64,000 nucleotides of DNA. Origin: a candidate division WOR-3 bacterium (GTDB taxonomy: Bacteria > Hydrothermota > 32-111). Positions 1 to 8,948 of this stretch are shown here, one piece after another; positions within the stretch are counted from its first letter, which is position 1; each line of letters opens with the position of its first letter. The position numbers and the translations under genes were made by a program. Under the pieces are notes generated by a model that saw nothing but the letters and a program-made list of their open reading frames with translations, made no database searches and was not told where the DNA came from. The stretch is taken from NCBI GenBank assembly GCA_039804105.1, contig JBDRZU010000001.1:928001-992000 (forward strand), given 5' to 3'.

Positions 1-485
1 TATTTTTCACAATCATTCTCTCTTCCTGTTATACATCACCTACTTCGATAAAGTATTATCAACCAATTTTGGATATAAGTATGAAAGACACCTTAAATTT
101 TTCGATTCCACTTGGTAACGATTCTATATGGAACTATGAGGATGTTGATTCAATATATGAAAATATAATAATTTTTGAAAATCAGGGTTTGAATGCTTAT
201 ATTACAGAAATAGATTGGGAAATCTACGATTATACAAACAGAATCAGAGAGGATTATAGCAAAATTTACCTAAATCCTGTAAAAATAGAAAAAAAATCGT
301 CGGATACAATCTCTCTTCTTTTCTTTCTATATGGTTCTTCCGCTACAAGAATTGATGAGGGAGATGGAGTAGAAGATAATGTAGCTTATGGAACCATTCA
401 GTTAAAGATAAAGTATTATGATGATAACGGTATAACTTACACTTCAAAGATATTCTACAAAAATATAAAAGCTGTTGTTGAATAA
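1..485 (+). CDS. Lipoprotein, 5'-truncated at window edge; paralogue of next gene
   Basis: The frame is open from nt 3 (FFTIILSS-C-YTSPTSIKYYQP), giving a lipobox LSSC, so the true start is upstream of the window. Shares YY.QP and DG..DNV..G......Y.D..G..(Y/F)TS with 498..1031. Confidence 0.75.
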   Translation, partial: FFTIILSSCYTSPTSIKYYQPILDISMKDTLNFSIPLGNDSIWNYEDVDSIYENIIIFENQGLNAYITEIDWEIYDYTNRIREDYSKIYLNPVKIEKKSSDTISLLFFLYGSSATRIDEGDGVEDNVAYGTIQLKIKYYDDNGITYTSKIFYKNIKAVVE

Positions 486-497
486 AGAGAGGTATAT

Positions 498-1031
498 ATG
501 AAAAAAATATTTTTCATAATTATTTTTGTAACATTATTTGTCTCCTGTTCTATTGGTCCGATTCCAGTTTATTATTCTCAACCGATAGTTTCCCTTCTGG
601 ATGATACACTTGAAGTTATTTTTTCTGTTCCTGATAAAGACATGTCTGGTTGGAATCACTATAATCAAAACAATATTGGTTCAGATACCGCTTTCCTTTC
701 AATAGATGCTTATGAAACAACAGGAGAAAAAAGTTTCATAGAAAAGATCGAGTATAAATTTATAGTTGATGGCAATACAGTTGAAAGAGAAGATATAACA
801 TATCCAATACCAATAGAAATTGAAGACAAAGATACCGTGAATTTGCCAGATCTCTTGGTCATAATAAACGAACCTCTCGCTTATGAAATCGATATTCAGG
901 ATGGTTATGCTGACAATGTTGGAACAGGAATACTCGAAACAAAAGTATTTTATACTGATATAAAAGGAGAATCTTTTACTTCTGTTCCAATAAGAAAAAG
1001 ATTTAAAGTTATAAAACCTTTAACATATTGA
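498..1031 (+). CDS. Hypothetical lipoprotein
   Basis: GAGG SD; MKKIFF signal peptide with FVS-C lipobox. Confidence 0.8.
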   Translation: MKKIFFIIIFVTLFVSCSIGPIPVYYSQPIVSLLDDTLEVIFSVPDKDMSGWNHYNQNNIGSDTAFLSIDAYETTGEKSFIEKIEYKFIVDGNTVEREDITYPIPIEIEDKDTVNLPDLLVIINEPLAYEIDIQDGYADNVGTGILETKVFYTDIKGESFTSVPIRKRFKVIKPLTY

Positions 1032-1056
1032 CTTTTGAAGATTTATTTAATATGAT
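1028..1056 (+). promoter_or_regulatory. Sigma70-type promoter
   Basis: TTGACT (1028-1033), 17 nt, TATGAT (1051-1056), upstream of an AAGGAGG SD. Confidence 0.6.
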
Positions 1057-1078
1057 TTTATCAAAGGAGGTATCAAAA

Positions 1079-1561
1079 ATGAAGAAAACAATTTTCTTTC
1101 TTACAGTTATATTGTTAATAACTTCCTGCACCCTATATGTGCCTACACCTGATTTCACAATCACATGGATAGATCCTCTTGGAAGTGTTATAACACCAAC
1201 AACAACTGAAGTACTTATTAACACAATAGATGTTGAAAACAATACTTCTTATGAAGCAGTACTTGATAGAATCTCCTATGATTATATCTATAATGGTGAT
1301 GTGATTTACGATGGTCAGGACATCTGGAATATATACGCTTTACTTCCGCCTACAGTAATAGATACTGCGACTGGAGATCCTATCAAAGGAAAAGCAAGTA
1401 TCGAAAATATTCCAATTCCAGTTCCAGCATCAATTTACACTTATATGGATTCAAGAGATATTCAGGGAGTAACTCTGAGGATATACATAAGTGGAACAGA
1501 CAATGTAAATAAAACAAAAAGAACAACAAAGTATGTAGATTACGGAATAGCAAAATATTAA
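1079..1561 (+). CDS. Hypothetical lipoprotein
   Basis: AAGGAGG SD before ATG 1079 (start revised from 1028); MKKTIFF...ITS-C lipobox. Confidence 0.8.
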   Translation: MKKTIFFLTVILLITSCTLYVPTPDFTITWIDPLGSVITPTTTEVLINTIDVENNTSYEAVLDRISYDYIYNGDVIYDGQDIWNIYALLPPTVIDTATGDPIKGKASIENIPIPVPASIYTYMDSRDIQGVTLRIYISGTDNVNKTKRTTKYVDYGIAKY

Positions 1562-1568
1562 ATTTTAA

Positions 1569-1593
1569 AAGAGGGAGTTATAACCTCCCTCTT
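1569..1593. terminator. Probable bidirectional terminator between convergent genes
   Basis: AAGAGGGAG / CTCCCTCTT inverted repeat with A/T-rich flanks. Confidence 0.6.
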
Positions 1594-3356
1594 AATTTTT
1601 CTTTCACTCTTTTAACATTCTCTTTCAGTTTCGAATAATTTTTATCAACTTCAAGACCTTTTTCAAAACTTTTTTGGGCATTCTCATAGGAGCCGACAAG
1701 GTTATCAAGATGAACAGGCACAAAACCGAAAAAACCTGCGGAAAGATAAAACAGGAGAAATTTTTCTGCAAAGTATCCTTCTTCAAAATATGACGCTCCC
1801 ATGTTATTGTAAGCGAGTGATGATTTTGGAGAAATCTCTACTATCCTTTCCATCATTTCGCGTGATTTTAAACTCATCCCAAGATTTTTATAGGTTAAAC
1901 CAAGATTGTAAAGAACCCTTACATTTTCAGGTTCAATATTTTTTGCTTTTTCAAGAAAATATAATGATCTTGGATAATCTCTTTTTGAAGCAAACAAAGT
2001 CCCGAGATTTATAAGAGAGTTCGTGTATAAAGAGTCAAGTTCATAAGATTTTAAAAGATTTTTTTCTGCATCAGCAAAATTACCTTCTTTCATAAAATAA
2101 AGTCCCAGATTGTTTGTTCCAACAACAGATTTTGGATTATTTTTTACAACATAAGACCATAATGATATCTCACTTCTAAAATTTGGAATATAAATTAAAG
2201 TAACGATTAAAAAACAAATAGAATAAAAAAGAAAAATATATTTCCCGATATTTTTTAATTTAGTATATACAAAATATGAAAAAAGAATAAAAGAGAATGA
2301 AGGCAAAAAAAGATATCTATCAGCAAAAAGATTCAAAACCGGTATAAAATTTGAGATAGGGATATAATTTATAACAAAAAATAAAAAAGAAAAAAGAATA
2401 AATTTTTCATCTCTATATCTGTAAACAAAATAAATCAAAATTGAAAAAAGTGAGAGACTCAAGATAAAGAGTTTAAGATTTTTTTCAGAAATCGGAATAT
2501 AATAGTCAACAACAAGTGGATATGGGATAAAAAGATTTTTTATATATTTCATGAAAATATATGGCTGGATTTTTAAAATATCTATGTATGTAGCGTCCCT
2601 TAGCATTCTATTTTCTTTAAAAAATTGATCCATATTTTTAAAATCCGGCATATAAAAACCTAATGTGAAACCAAAGAATAAAATAAAAATGAACGACAGT
2701 AAAATGGTCAAAAAAATTATCATGTAAAATTTTTTATCAACACTTTTTTTGAATATCATGTCATATACAAAAAAAATTAAAGGCAAAACTAAAGCGACCT
2801 CCTTAGAAAAAAGTGCCAGAACAAAGAATACTATAGAAATGATTCTTTTGTTTTCAATATGAAAATAAAAAGATAACATAGAAAAAATGTACAGAAAAAG
2901 TTCTTTTCTATGAGTTATTATAAGAATATTTTCAACATGGACAGGATGCAATGAAAATAAAAACACTGATAACAATGAAAAAATTTTGTTTTCTGTAATT
3001 TTATAAATTAAAAACGATGTAAGAAAAATTGTTATAACATATAGGAAAAGATTTTCCAATCTATAAAAGATAACTTTGTCTTTAAAAAAGAATCTATCAA
3101 GGATTATAGACAATTTTCTTATAGGTCTTTCAGACAATTTTATTGAAAAAACATCTTTTAAATTATCTACAGATTCATCTTCAAATATTGTCGGATAATC
3201 ATCAAACTGAAAAGGATAATTTAAAGAAAACAGATAAGGAACAATCGAAATTAATGAAAGAACAAAAAGAAAAAATAGAAAATTTTTATTTAAAATTTCT
3301 AAAAAACTCTTCTGTTTCTTGAGAACATTCTTTCCAGCTTTTGAATTTTTGTTCAT
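1578..3356 (-). CDS. TMTC-like integral membrane glycosyltransferase (GT-C, O-mannosyltransferase-like) with C-terminal TPRs
   Basis: FQFDD, RPI, LFSLHPVHVE..R.E, LFSKE, ADRYLFLPS and SEISLW motifs; many TM segments; TPR repeats. Start revised to ATG 3356, which follows AGGAG. Confidence 0.8.
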   Translation of the reverse strand: MNKNSKAGKNVLKKQKSFLEILNKNFLFFLFVLSLISIVPYLFSLNYPFQFDDYPTIFEDESVDNLKDVFSIKLSERPIRKLSIILDRFFFKDKVIFYRLENLFLYVITIFLTSFLIYKITENKIFSLLSVFLFSLHPVHVENILIITHRKELFLYIFSMLSFYFHIENKRIISIVFFVLALFSKEVALVLPLIFFVYDMIFKKSVDKKFYMIIFLTILLSFIFILFFGFTLGFYMPDFKNMDQFFKENRMLRDATYIDILKIQPYIFMKYIKNLFIPYPLVVDYYIPISEKNLKLFILSLSLFSILIYFVYRYRDEKFILFSFLFFVINYIPISNFIPVLNLFADRYLFLPSFSFILFSYFVYTKLKNIGKYIFLFYSICFLIVTLIYIPNFRSEISLWSYVVKNNPKSVVGTNNLGLYFMKEGNFADAEKNLLKSYELDSLYTNSLINLGTLFASKRDYPRSLYFLEKAKNIEPENVRVLYNLGLTYKNLGMSLKSREMMERIVEISPKSSLAYNNMGASYFEEGYFAEKFLLFYLSAGFFGFVPVHLDNLVGSYENAQKSFEKGLEVDKNYSKLKENVKRVKEKLRGRL

Positions 3357-4305
3357 AAATTTTTTCTCCTTTGATTTTTTCAACGATCCTTTCAAGATTT
3401 TCCTTATATGATAGATCTTTAATGTAATATATTGGCAAATCTTTATAAATCTCTCGATGAACTGGTATATCCATACAAATAACTCTTTTTCCAAGAAACA
3501 ATCCTTCAGCAACGGGCAAAGAAAATCCTTCCTCTTTTGAAAGATAGATTATAACAAAAGAATCATTTATGATTTTTTCAAATTCCTGGAAAGGAAGATA
3601 CCCTTTAAACTCGAAATCTTTAACCGTTTTTTTTAGATTTTTATCATCAACTCTTCCCGTAATAAGAATTTTTTTATCTTTAAAAAATTCTTTTAAATCC
3701 TTCGCAAGTTTCAAAGCAAGTGAGATATTTTTTCTTTCCTTTAAAGTGGAAGGTATCAAAATATACTCCTCTTTTTGTTTTTCATATTTTCTGTATGTAT
3801 CAAAACCATTATAAATTACACAGTTCTTTTTCGAATTCAGGTTTTTAAATCTTTTTTTATAAATATCCATACAGTTTTTAGTTATAAAAATTATTCCATC
3901 TGATCGTTTCGAAATCAGATTGTATTCGATTTTCCAATAATATCTTGTAAAAATATCCTCTTTTGAACTTTTTTTTTCAGGTATAAAATCGTGTATCGTT
4001 GAAACTGTTTTGTAAAATTTGATCATAGTTGAGCTCTGTTTTGGCATATATAATAGATCAACTTTGCATAATAGACCTATAAAAGGAAAAACAAACTGTT
4101 CATAAAAAAATTTTGTTGCCCTGTTAAAAAATGGAATTCTTATGTATAGGAAATCATCTCGTCCAACAATCTCTCGGGCTTTTTCTTGATCTATGAGAAT
4201 AATATATTTATTATCCTGATCAGAAAAATTTTTCAAAATCATCGTTATATGTGTAGAAACACCTCCACCTTTTGTAATAGATGTTCCATCAACAAGTATT
4301 CTCAT
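3286..4305 (-). CDS. Glycosyltransferase family 4
   Basis: MRILVD..GGG, TIHD, RKN and EGFSLPVAE (E-x7-E) motifs. Confidence 0.85.
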   Translation of the reverse strand: MRILVDGTSITKGGGVSTHITMILKNFSDQDNKYIILIDQEKAREIVGRDDFLYIRIPFFNRATKFFYEQFVFPFIGLLCKVDLLYMPKQSSTMIKFYKTVSTIHDFIPEKKSSKEDIFTRYYWKIEYNLISKRSDGIIFITKNCMDIYKKRFKNLNSKKNCVIYNGFDTYRKYEKQKEEYILIPSTLKERKNISLALKLAKDLKEFFKDKKILITGRVDDKNLKKTVKDFEFKGYLPFQEFEKIINDSFVIIYLSKEEGFSLPVAEGLFLGKRVICMDIPVHREIYKDLPIYYIKDLSYKENLERIVEKIKGEKIYEQKFKSWKECSQETEEFFRNFK

Positions 4306-5098
4306 TTTTTTCCCTCATTATTTTTTTTAGATTTCTTAAAAATTCAAATCTTGCCCTTACTGGTGAAAAATTTTTTTGTTTAAAAACCTGTAATATCATT
4401 ATAAATGGTTCAATAAAAATTAGAAACAATAAAAACATAAAAATATTTTTAGAATCAAAGTTTTTCAAAACAAAAAACAATCGATTCCTTTGTAAAAAAA
4501 ATCTTTTATCTTTTAAACCTGAAGATGAATGTTTGTGGTAAACAACAAGATTTTCATCAAAACAAATTCTTTTAATCTTTTTTAACCTGACCGATAGATC
4601 AACATCTTCATAATACATAAAATAACTTTCGTCAAAACCTTTTAACATTTCAAAAATCTCTCTTTTTATAATAAAAAATGAACCCGTAAGATGGAGTTTT
4701 CTTTTATCATATTTTAGATTTTTGTTTAAAATATTATAAAAAAGTATAATTTTTGAACCAAAAGATTCAATATTTTTTGTATAAAAATTTCTTACAAGTG
4801 GAACAATCACCTCTTCATGAGTATTCTTTACCTTTTTAAAAAAATCTTCATCAAAATATATATCATCGTTTGTAATTATCAGATATTCATTCTCTGAAAA
4901 CTTTGAAGCATAGTTAATTGCCTGACCATAGCCAGCACCAAAAAGTTTTAACACTTTTACTCTTTCATCTTTTAAATCGAAATTTTTGTTTTGTGTTAAA
5001 ACAACTATTACATCACCAATATCTTCTTTTAAATAGGATTTTATCTGTTCTTCAAAAGTGTCATAATAAATGGGAATGATAAGAGAAAATTTATCCAT
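4289..5098 (-). CDS. Glycosyltransferase family 2
   Basis: SLIIP, GYGQAIN, NDD and GFDESYFMYYEDVDLS motifs. Confidence 0.85.
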   Translation of the reverse strand: MDKFSLIIPIYYDTFEEQIKSYLKEDIGDVIVVLTQNKNFDLKDERVKVLKLFGAGYGQAINYASKFSENEYLIITNDDIYFDEDFFKKVKNTHEEVIVPLVRNFYTKNIESFGSKIILFYNILNKNLKYDKRKLHLTGSFFIIKREIFEMLKGFDESYFMYYEDVDLSVRLKKIKRICFDENLVVYHKHSSSGLKDKRFFLQRNRLFFVLKNFDSKNIFMFLLFLIFIEPFIMILQVFKQKNFSPVRARFEFLRNLKKIMREKNENTC

Positions 5099-5990
5099 TT
5101 TTTCTTATACCTTTTAAATTCAAAAAACCACAAAATAACCCTTTCATATAGAAAGAAAATTTTTTCGTTTTAATTATATGAAAAAGGATTGAAATTAAAG
5201 TTCCCAGAATAAATGATACCCAATTTTTCAAAGATAAAATTTTATAGTTTTTGAAATAGATAAAAACTCTGTTCCTACCTTCCCAGAACACTTTTTTTGA
5301 AGAATATTCACTCATTCTGTTTTCGAGTTTCGTCGTTCCTGAAATAAAATGATAACCAACGGTATCCGGTGTAAAAAGGATTTTAAATCCACATTTTTTT
5401 AACCTTAAAGAAAAATCAACATCTTCAAAGTACATAAAAAATCTTTCATCAAGCATTCCCGCTCTAACAAAACAATCTTTCAAAAAATAGCATATTGACA
5501 TCGAGAACCCTTTAACATCCCCTTTAATCATTTGTATTTCATATAATTTTTTACCATGAAGTTTTTTATAGGGTCTTATAAATTTTCCAACATCATCACC
5601 TGCAGAATCAATAAACTCTCCATTATAATCCAAAACCAACGGAGAAAAAAAATGATAATCTTTATTTTGAGTTATGTTTTCTATACAGTTTTTTATAAAA
5701 TTTTTTTCAAGATAAACATCGTTATTCAAAAGTATAATATTTTCAAACTTTGATTGTTTCACTCCAAGATTTACAGCAAAACTAAAACCTTTGTTCTCTG
5801 ATAATCTAAAAAGAGTCACATTCTTTAAATTTTTTAAAAGATACATATAACTTTTATCGGAACTATTGTTATCAACTAGTACAACTTCAGAATAGGGATA
5901 GGTTTGTTGGTTCAACGAAACAACAAGTTTTTCAACAAACTTATCACCATTGTAGTTTATGATAACAACAGAAACTTTATCGTTCAACAA
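5091..5990 (-). CDS. Glycosyltransferase family 2 (rhamnosyltransferase-like)
   Basis: VSVVIINYN, VDNNSSD, NKGFSFAVNLG, LLNND and FFMYFEDVD motifs. TTG start is uncertain. Confidence 0.85.
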   Translation of the reverse strand: MLNDKVSVVIINYNGDKFVEKLVVSLNQQTYPYSEVVLVDNNSSDKSYMYLLKNLKNVTLFRLSENKGFSFAVNLGVKQSKFENIILLNNDVYLEKNFIKNCIENITQNKDYHFFSPLVLDYNGEFIDSAGDDVGKFIRPYKKLHGKKLYEIQMIKGDVKGFSMSICYFLKDCFVRAGMLDERFFMYFEDVDFSLRLKKCGFKILFTPDTVGYHFISGTTKLENRMSEYSSKKVFWEGRNRVFIYFKNYKILSLKNWVSFILGTLISILFHIIKTKKFSFYMKGLFCGFLNLKGIRKNG

Positions 5991-7851
5991 AGAATTTTCC
6001 TTTCATTTTTCTATTTTCAATTTCAAGTATATAGTAATAAAGTCCGGTTTTAAAGTTATTAATATCTATTTTTATGAAGTTTTCTGTCTTGATCCCTGAA
6101 TTTTCAAAAATTCTTTTCCCATCAACTGCAAACATTGTTACTCTATACATTCCCATAAACTCAGAGAATATGTTTATCTCGTCAACAGCAGGATTTGGAA
6201 AAACATAACTTTCAATCGTATCATTAACAAAAAACTCTAAAACCGTATCAATATCTGAAACGTTATTATATTCGTCAACTCCAGTTACAAACAAAATATT
6301 TTCTCCATAACCGATTTTATGAACGGTTCCAGCATTCGAATTAAGTATGGTTCTATAAAGATCTTTTATTTTATAAATTTTTAAATCGTCAAGATAAAGA
6401 TAAAAATCCTGTTCTAAATTCTTATTGAATTCGATTTTCAGAAGTCCTTTTTTGGTTATAAAGTAAAAAGGTTTCCAATCTACTAACTCTCCTTCAAATG
6501 ACTTTATTGGCTCTCCATTTAGATAGATAAAAAAAGATGAATCAGAAAATAACCCTTTATATTTAAAAGATATGATATTTTCTTCTTCAGATAAAAATAT
6601 TTCAAAAACAAAATTTCTGGTGAACAAAGAAAATGGCTTTGAATAGGGATACTGATCTGTTAAACAAAAATTCCCAGTAAAATTTTCAGGCAAAGAATCA
6701 AAGTTTTCTGTATATAAATCATAGGCATTTGAAAATTCAACATTGTAATTTTTTATAATAGAAAAATCGTATGATGGATCAAATGTTATTTTAAAATTGT
6801 TATTATTCATTTTTGCAAGTTCTATGTTATTTACAGGCAAAGGAGAAAAGGTATCGTTTATTCCATATGATAGAAATTCTTTTTTTATTATCTGAAAATC
6901 TTTATCGATACTTAAGTTTATGTAATCCTTATAAAGTTTATACAATGTTGAAAAATTCAATGGATAAAATAATTTTATTCCTTTAAATTTTTCATTTTTC
7001 GTCAAATTAATTATCACAGAATTTTTTAGGTTACATGAAACATCTGTTTCATCGATAATTGAAAAATTGTTTCTATCTGTGAATTTCAACTTGTCAATAT
7101 CTCTTACAATACTTTCAGTTTTAATCGTTGATACGGTTAAATCTTTATAGGATGTTGAATCATAATAATGTTCAAAATATTGTTCAGAGATAGTTATAGA
7201 GATATCTTCTAAATTATTTAAAGTATCTATGCTTTGAAGTATTTTATCATAAGGGAAACCATTATATGGAACTATACCTTCTGAACCAATAATGTAAGAA
7301 ACATAATCCTTGATCTCATAGACAACTTCTATCGATTGCATAAGACAGGCATCAAATATTAAAATATCTGTTTTTTTCTTTGTTTTTTTATATATATCCA
7401 AAAAAATATTTTTAAATTCACCATCAGTTATAGAAATAAAGTCAAACGGATGATTATCAAAAAATATCGATTTATCTTTTGAAGTAAAATTGTACCAACC
7501 ATTACCATGGTCCCATAAAACCATTATTCTTTTATCATAATCATACTTATAAAATGTTGAAAAAAAGTTTGAAATATTATGAAAATCACCTGAATTCACA
7601 TTATCAAAAACTTTAAGGGTCTCACTTCTTCCATCATATATTTTGAAGATAAAGGAATAGAAAGGTGAATCGAGAAAAATTATTATATCAGTATTTTTTA
7701 TTTTTTTTGAACTTTCAATCAATTGATTGTAATTTTTTAGAAAACCATTATAAAGATTGTTATCAGCACAAAAATATCCTATAAAAAGTATCTTAGATAT
7801 AAGAAAATGAGGTAAGAAAAAAAATATTAAAAAAAATGGTAACTTTTTCAT
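5977..7851 (-). CDS. Clostripain-family (C11) cysteine peptidase with T9SS type-A-like C-terminal domain
   Basis: ADNNL, NSGD, LWDHGNGW (His), FDACLMQSIEV (Cys) and GSE motifs. C-terminus VFPNP..GLYYY..KGKFFVER. Signal peptide starts at ATG 7851. Confidence 0.85.
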   Translation of the reverse strand: MKKLPFFLIFFFLPHFLISKILFIGYFCADNNLYNGFLKNYNQLIESSKKIKNTDIIIFLDSPFYSFIFKIYDGRSETLKVFDNVNSGDFHNISNFFSTFYKYDYDKRIMVLWDHGNGWYNFTSKDKSIFFDNHPFDFISITDGEFKNIFLDIYKKTKKKTDILIFDACLMQSIEVVYEIKDYVSYIIGSEGIVPYNGFPYDKILQSIDTLNNLEDISITISEQYFEHYYDSTSYKDLTVSTIKTESIVRDIDKLKFTDRNNFSIIDETDVSCNLKNSVIINLTKNEKFKGIKLFYPLNFSTLYKLYKDYINLSIDKDFQIIKKEFLSYGINDTFSPLPVNNIELAKMNNNNFKITFDPSYDFSIIKNYNVEFSNAYDLYTENFDSLPENFTGNFCLTDQYPYSKPFSLFTRNFVFEIFLSEEENIISFKYKGLFSDSSFFIYLNGEPIKSFEGELVDWKPFYFITKKGLLKIEFNKNLEQDFYLYLDDLKIYKIKDLYRTILNSNAGTVHKIGYGENILFVTGVDEYNNVSDIDTVLEFFVNDTIESYVFPNPAVDEINIFSEFMGMYRVTMFAVDGKRIFENSGIKTENFIKIDINNFKTGLYYYILEIENRKMKGKFFVER

Positions 7852-7881
7852 AAAAAAGGTGGGGTTTAAAAACCCCACCTG
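7852..7881 (-). terminator. Intrinsic terminator after PorV-like gene
   Basis: On the minus strand AGGTGGGGT-loop-ACCCCACCT is followed by a T-tract that runs straight into the next ATG. Confidence 0.75.
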
Positions 7882-7887
7882 ATTTTA

Positions 7888-8940
7888 TTAGAAATTCAGA
7901 GTTAATGTAACTCTATGACCATTAATATAATTGTCTGAAAGAAGTCCCATTTCTGTATAGGAATAATCTATTCCAAGATCTATTCCAGAGAATCCATATT
8001 TGAAACCGATACCTGCTGTAAGGTTTTCAATCTTTTCATTCTGTGTAAGATCATCCATATTATCAAGAACATATTTGAATTTTTCCCAGTTGAATATATA
8101 TCCCAACCTTACAAAGAGTATTTTTGAAAGGTTGTATTCCATTCCGAATCTTATGTTCTCGGTTCCATCGTTTGGATTCTGAAATTCAAGAGTTGTTGTG
8201 AGGAAATTCGTTGGACCTTCAAGAATATCATACGCAAGACCAAAGTTGAAATTCATTGGAAGTGTGTATGTATCAGTTTTGTAGTAGATATTAAGTGGTG
8301 TTTGACCATCAGTCCATTTTGAGTATTTATCTGTTAATATTGTTCCACCTGTAAACATTCCCTCAGATCCAAAATTTCTGATAGACATTCCTATTCTCAA
8401 TGATTTGAAACCTGTTTTATAGAGTGCTCCAGCGTCAAATGCTATCATTGTTGATGTTGCATCTACAATCTTTTCCTGTATATATTTTAATGTTACACCA
8501 GAAGTAAGCTTATCTGTAAAAGATTTTGCATAGGATGCTCCAACAACATAACTTGATGCTGAGAAATATTCTCCTGTTCCTTCTGGTTTATCAACTGTTG
8601 TTATCTCCATTTGAGGCATTGTCATTATTCCTGCCTGTAAACCTAAAGCACCCATTATTCCCATTGGAGCAGCAAAAGCAACATATGAATAACTTATTTC
8701 CGCTGGATATTTAACATAATTAAGAAGCAGCCCCATCTTGTTCATCGTTGCAATTCCTGCTGGGTTGTAATAGAGTGCTGATGGATCATCAGCAACAGAA
8801 ACAAATGCACCACCCATCGCAGTTGCTTTCGAGCCAACCAATATTTTCAAAAACTGAGCACCTGTGGTTCCTTCATTGAAAGAATAGGCAAAATTTGCTA
8901 AAAGTGAAATCGATATGATTATTAATAATAATTTTTTCAT
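7888..8940 (-). CDS. PorV/PorQ-family (UPF0164) outer-membrane beta-barrel
   Basis: GTTGAQFLKI..GSKATAMGGAF..ADD.SALYYNPAG signature; signal peptide; C-terminal Phe. Confidence 0.85.
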   Translation of the reverse strand: MKKLLLIIISISLLANFAYSFNEGTTGAQFLKILVGSKATAMGGAFVSVADDPSALYYNPAGIATMNKMGLLLNYVKYPAEISYSYVAFAAPMGIMGALGLQAGIMTMPQMEITTVDKPEGTGEYFSASSYVVGASYAKSFTDKLTSGVTLKYIQEKIVDATSTMIAFDAGALYKTGFKSLRIGMSIRNFGSEGMFTGGTILTDKYSKWTDGQTPLNIYYKTDTYTLPMNFNFGLAYDILEGPTNFLTTTLEFQNPNDGTENIRFGMEYNLSKILFVRLGYIFNWEKFKYVLDNMDDLTQNEKIENLTAGIGFKYGFSGIDLGIDYSYTEMGLLSDNYINGHRVTLTLNF

Positions 8941-8948
8941 TGTTCCTC

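Noticed and set aside
3357..3512. N-terminal extension of the TMTC-like ORF
   Set aside because: It lies wholly inside the GT4 gene; the SD supports ATG 3356.
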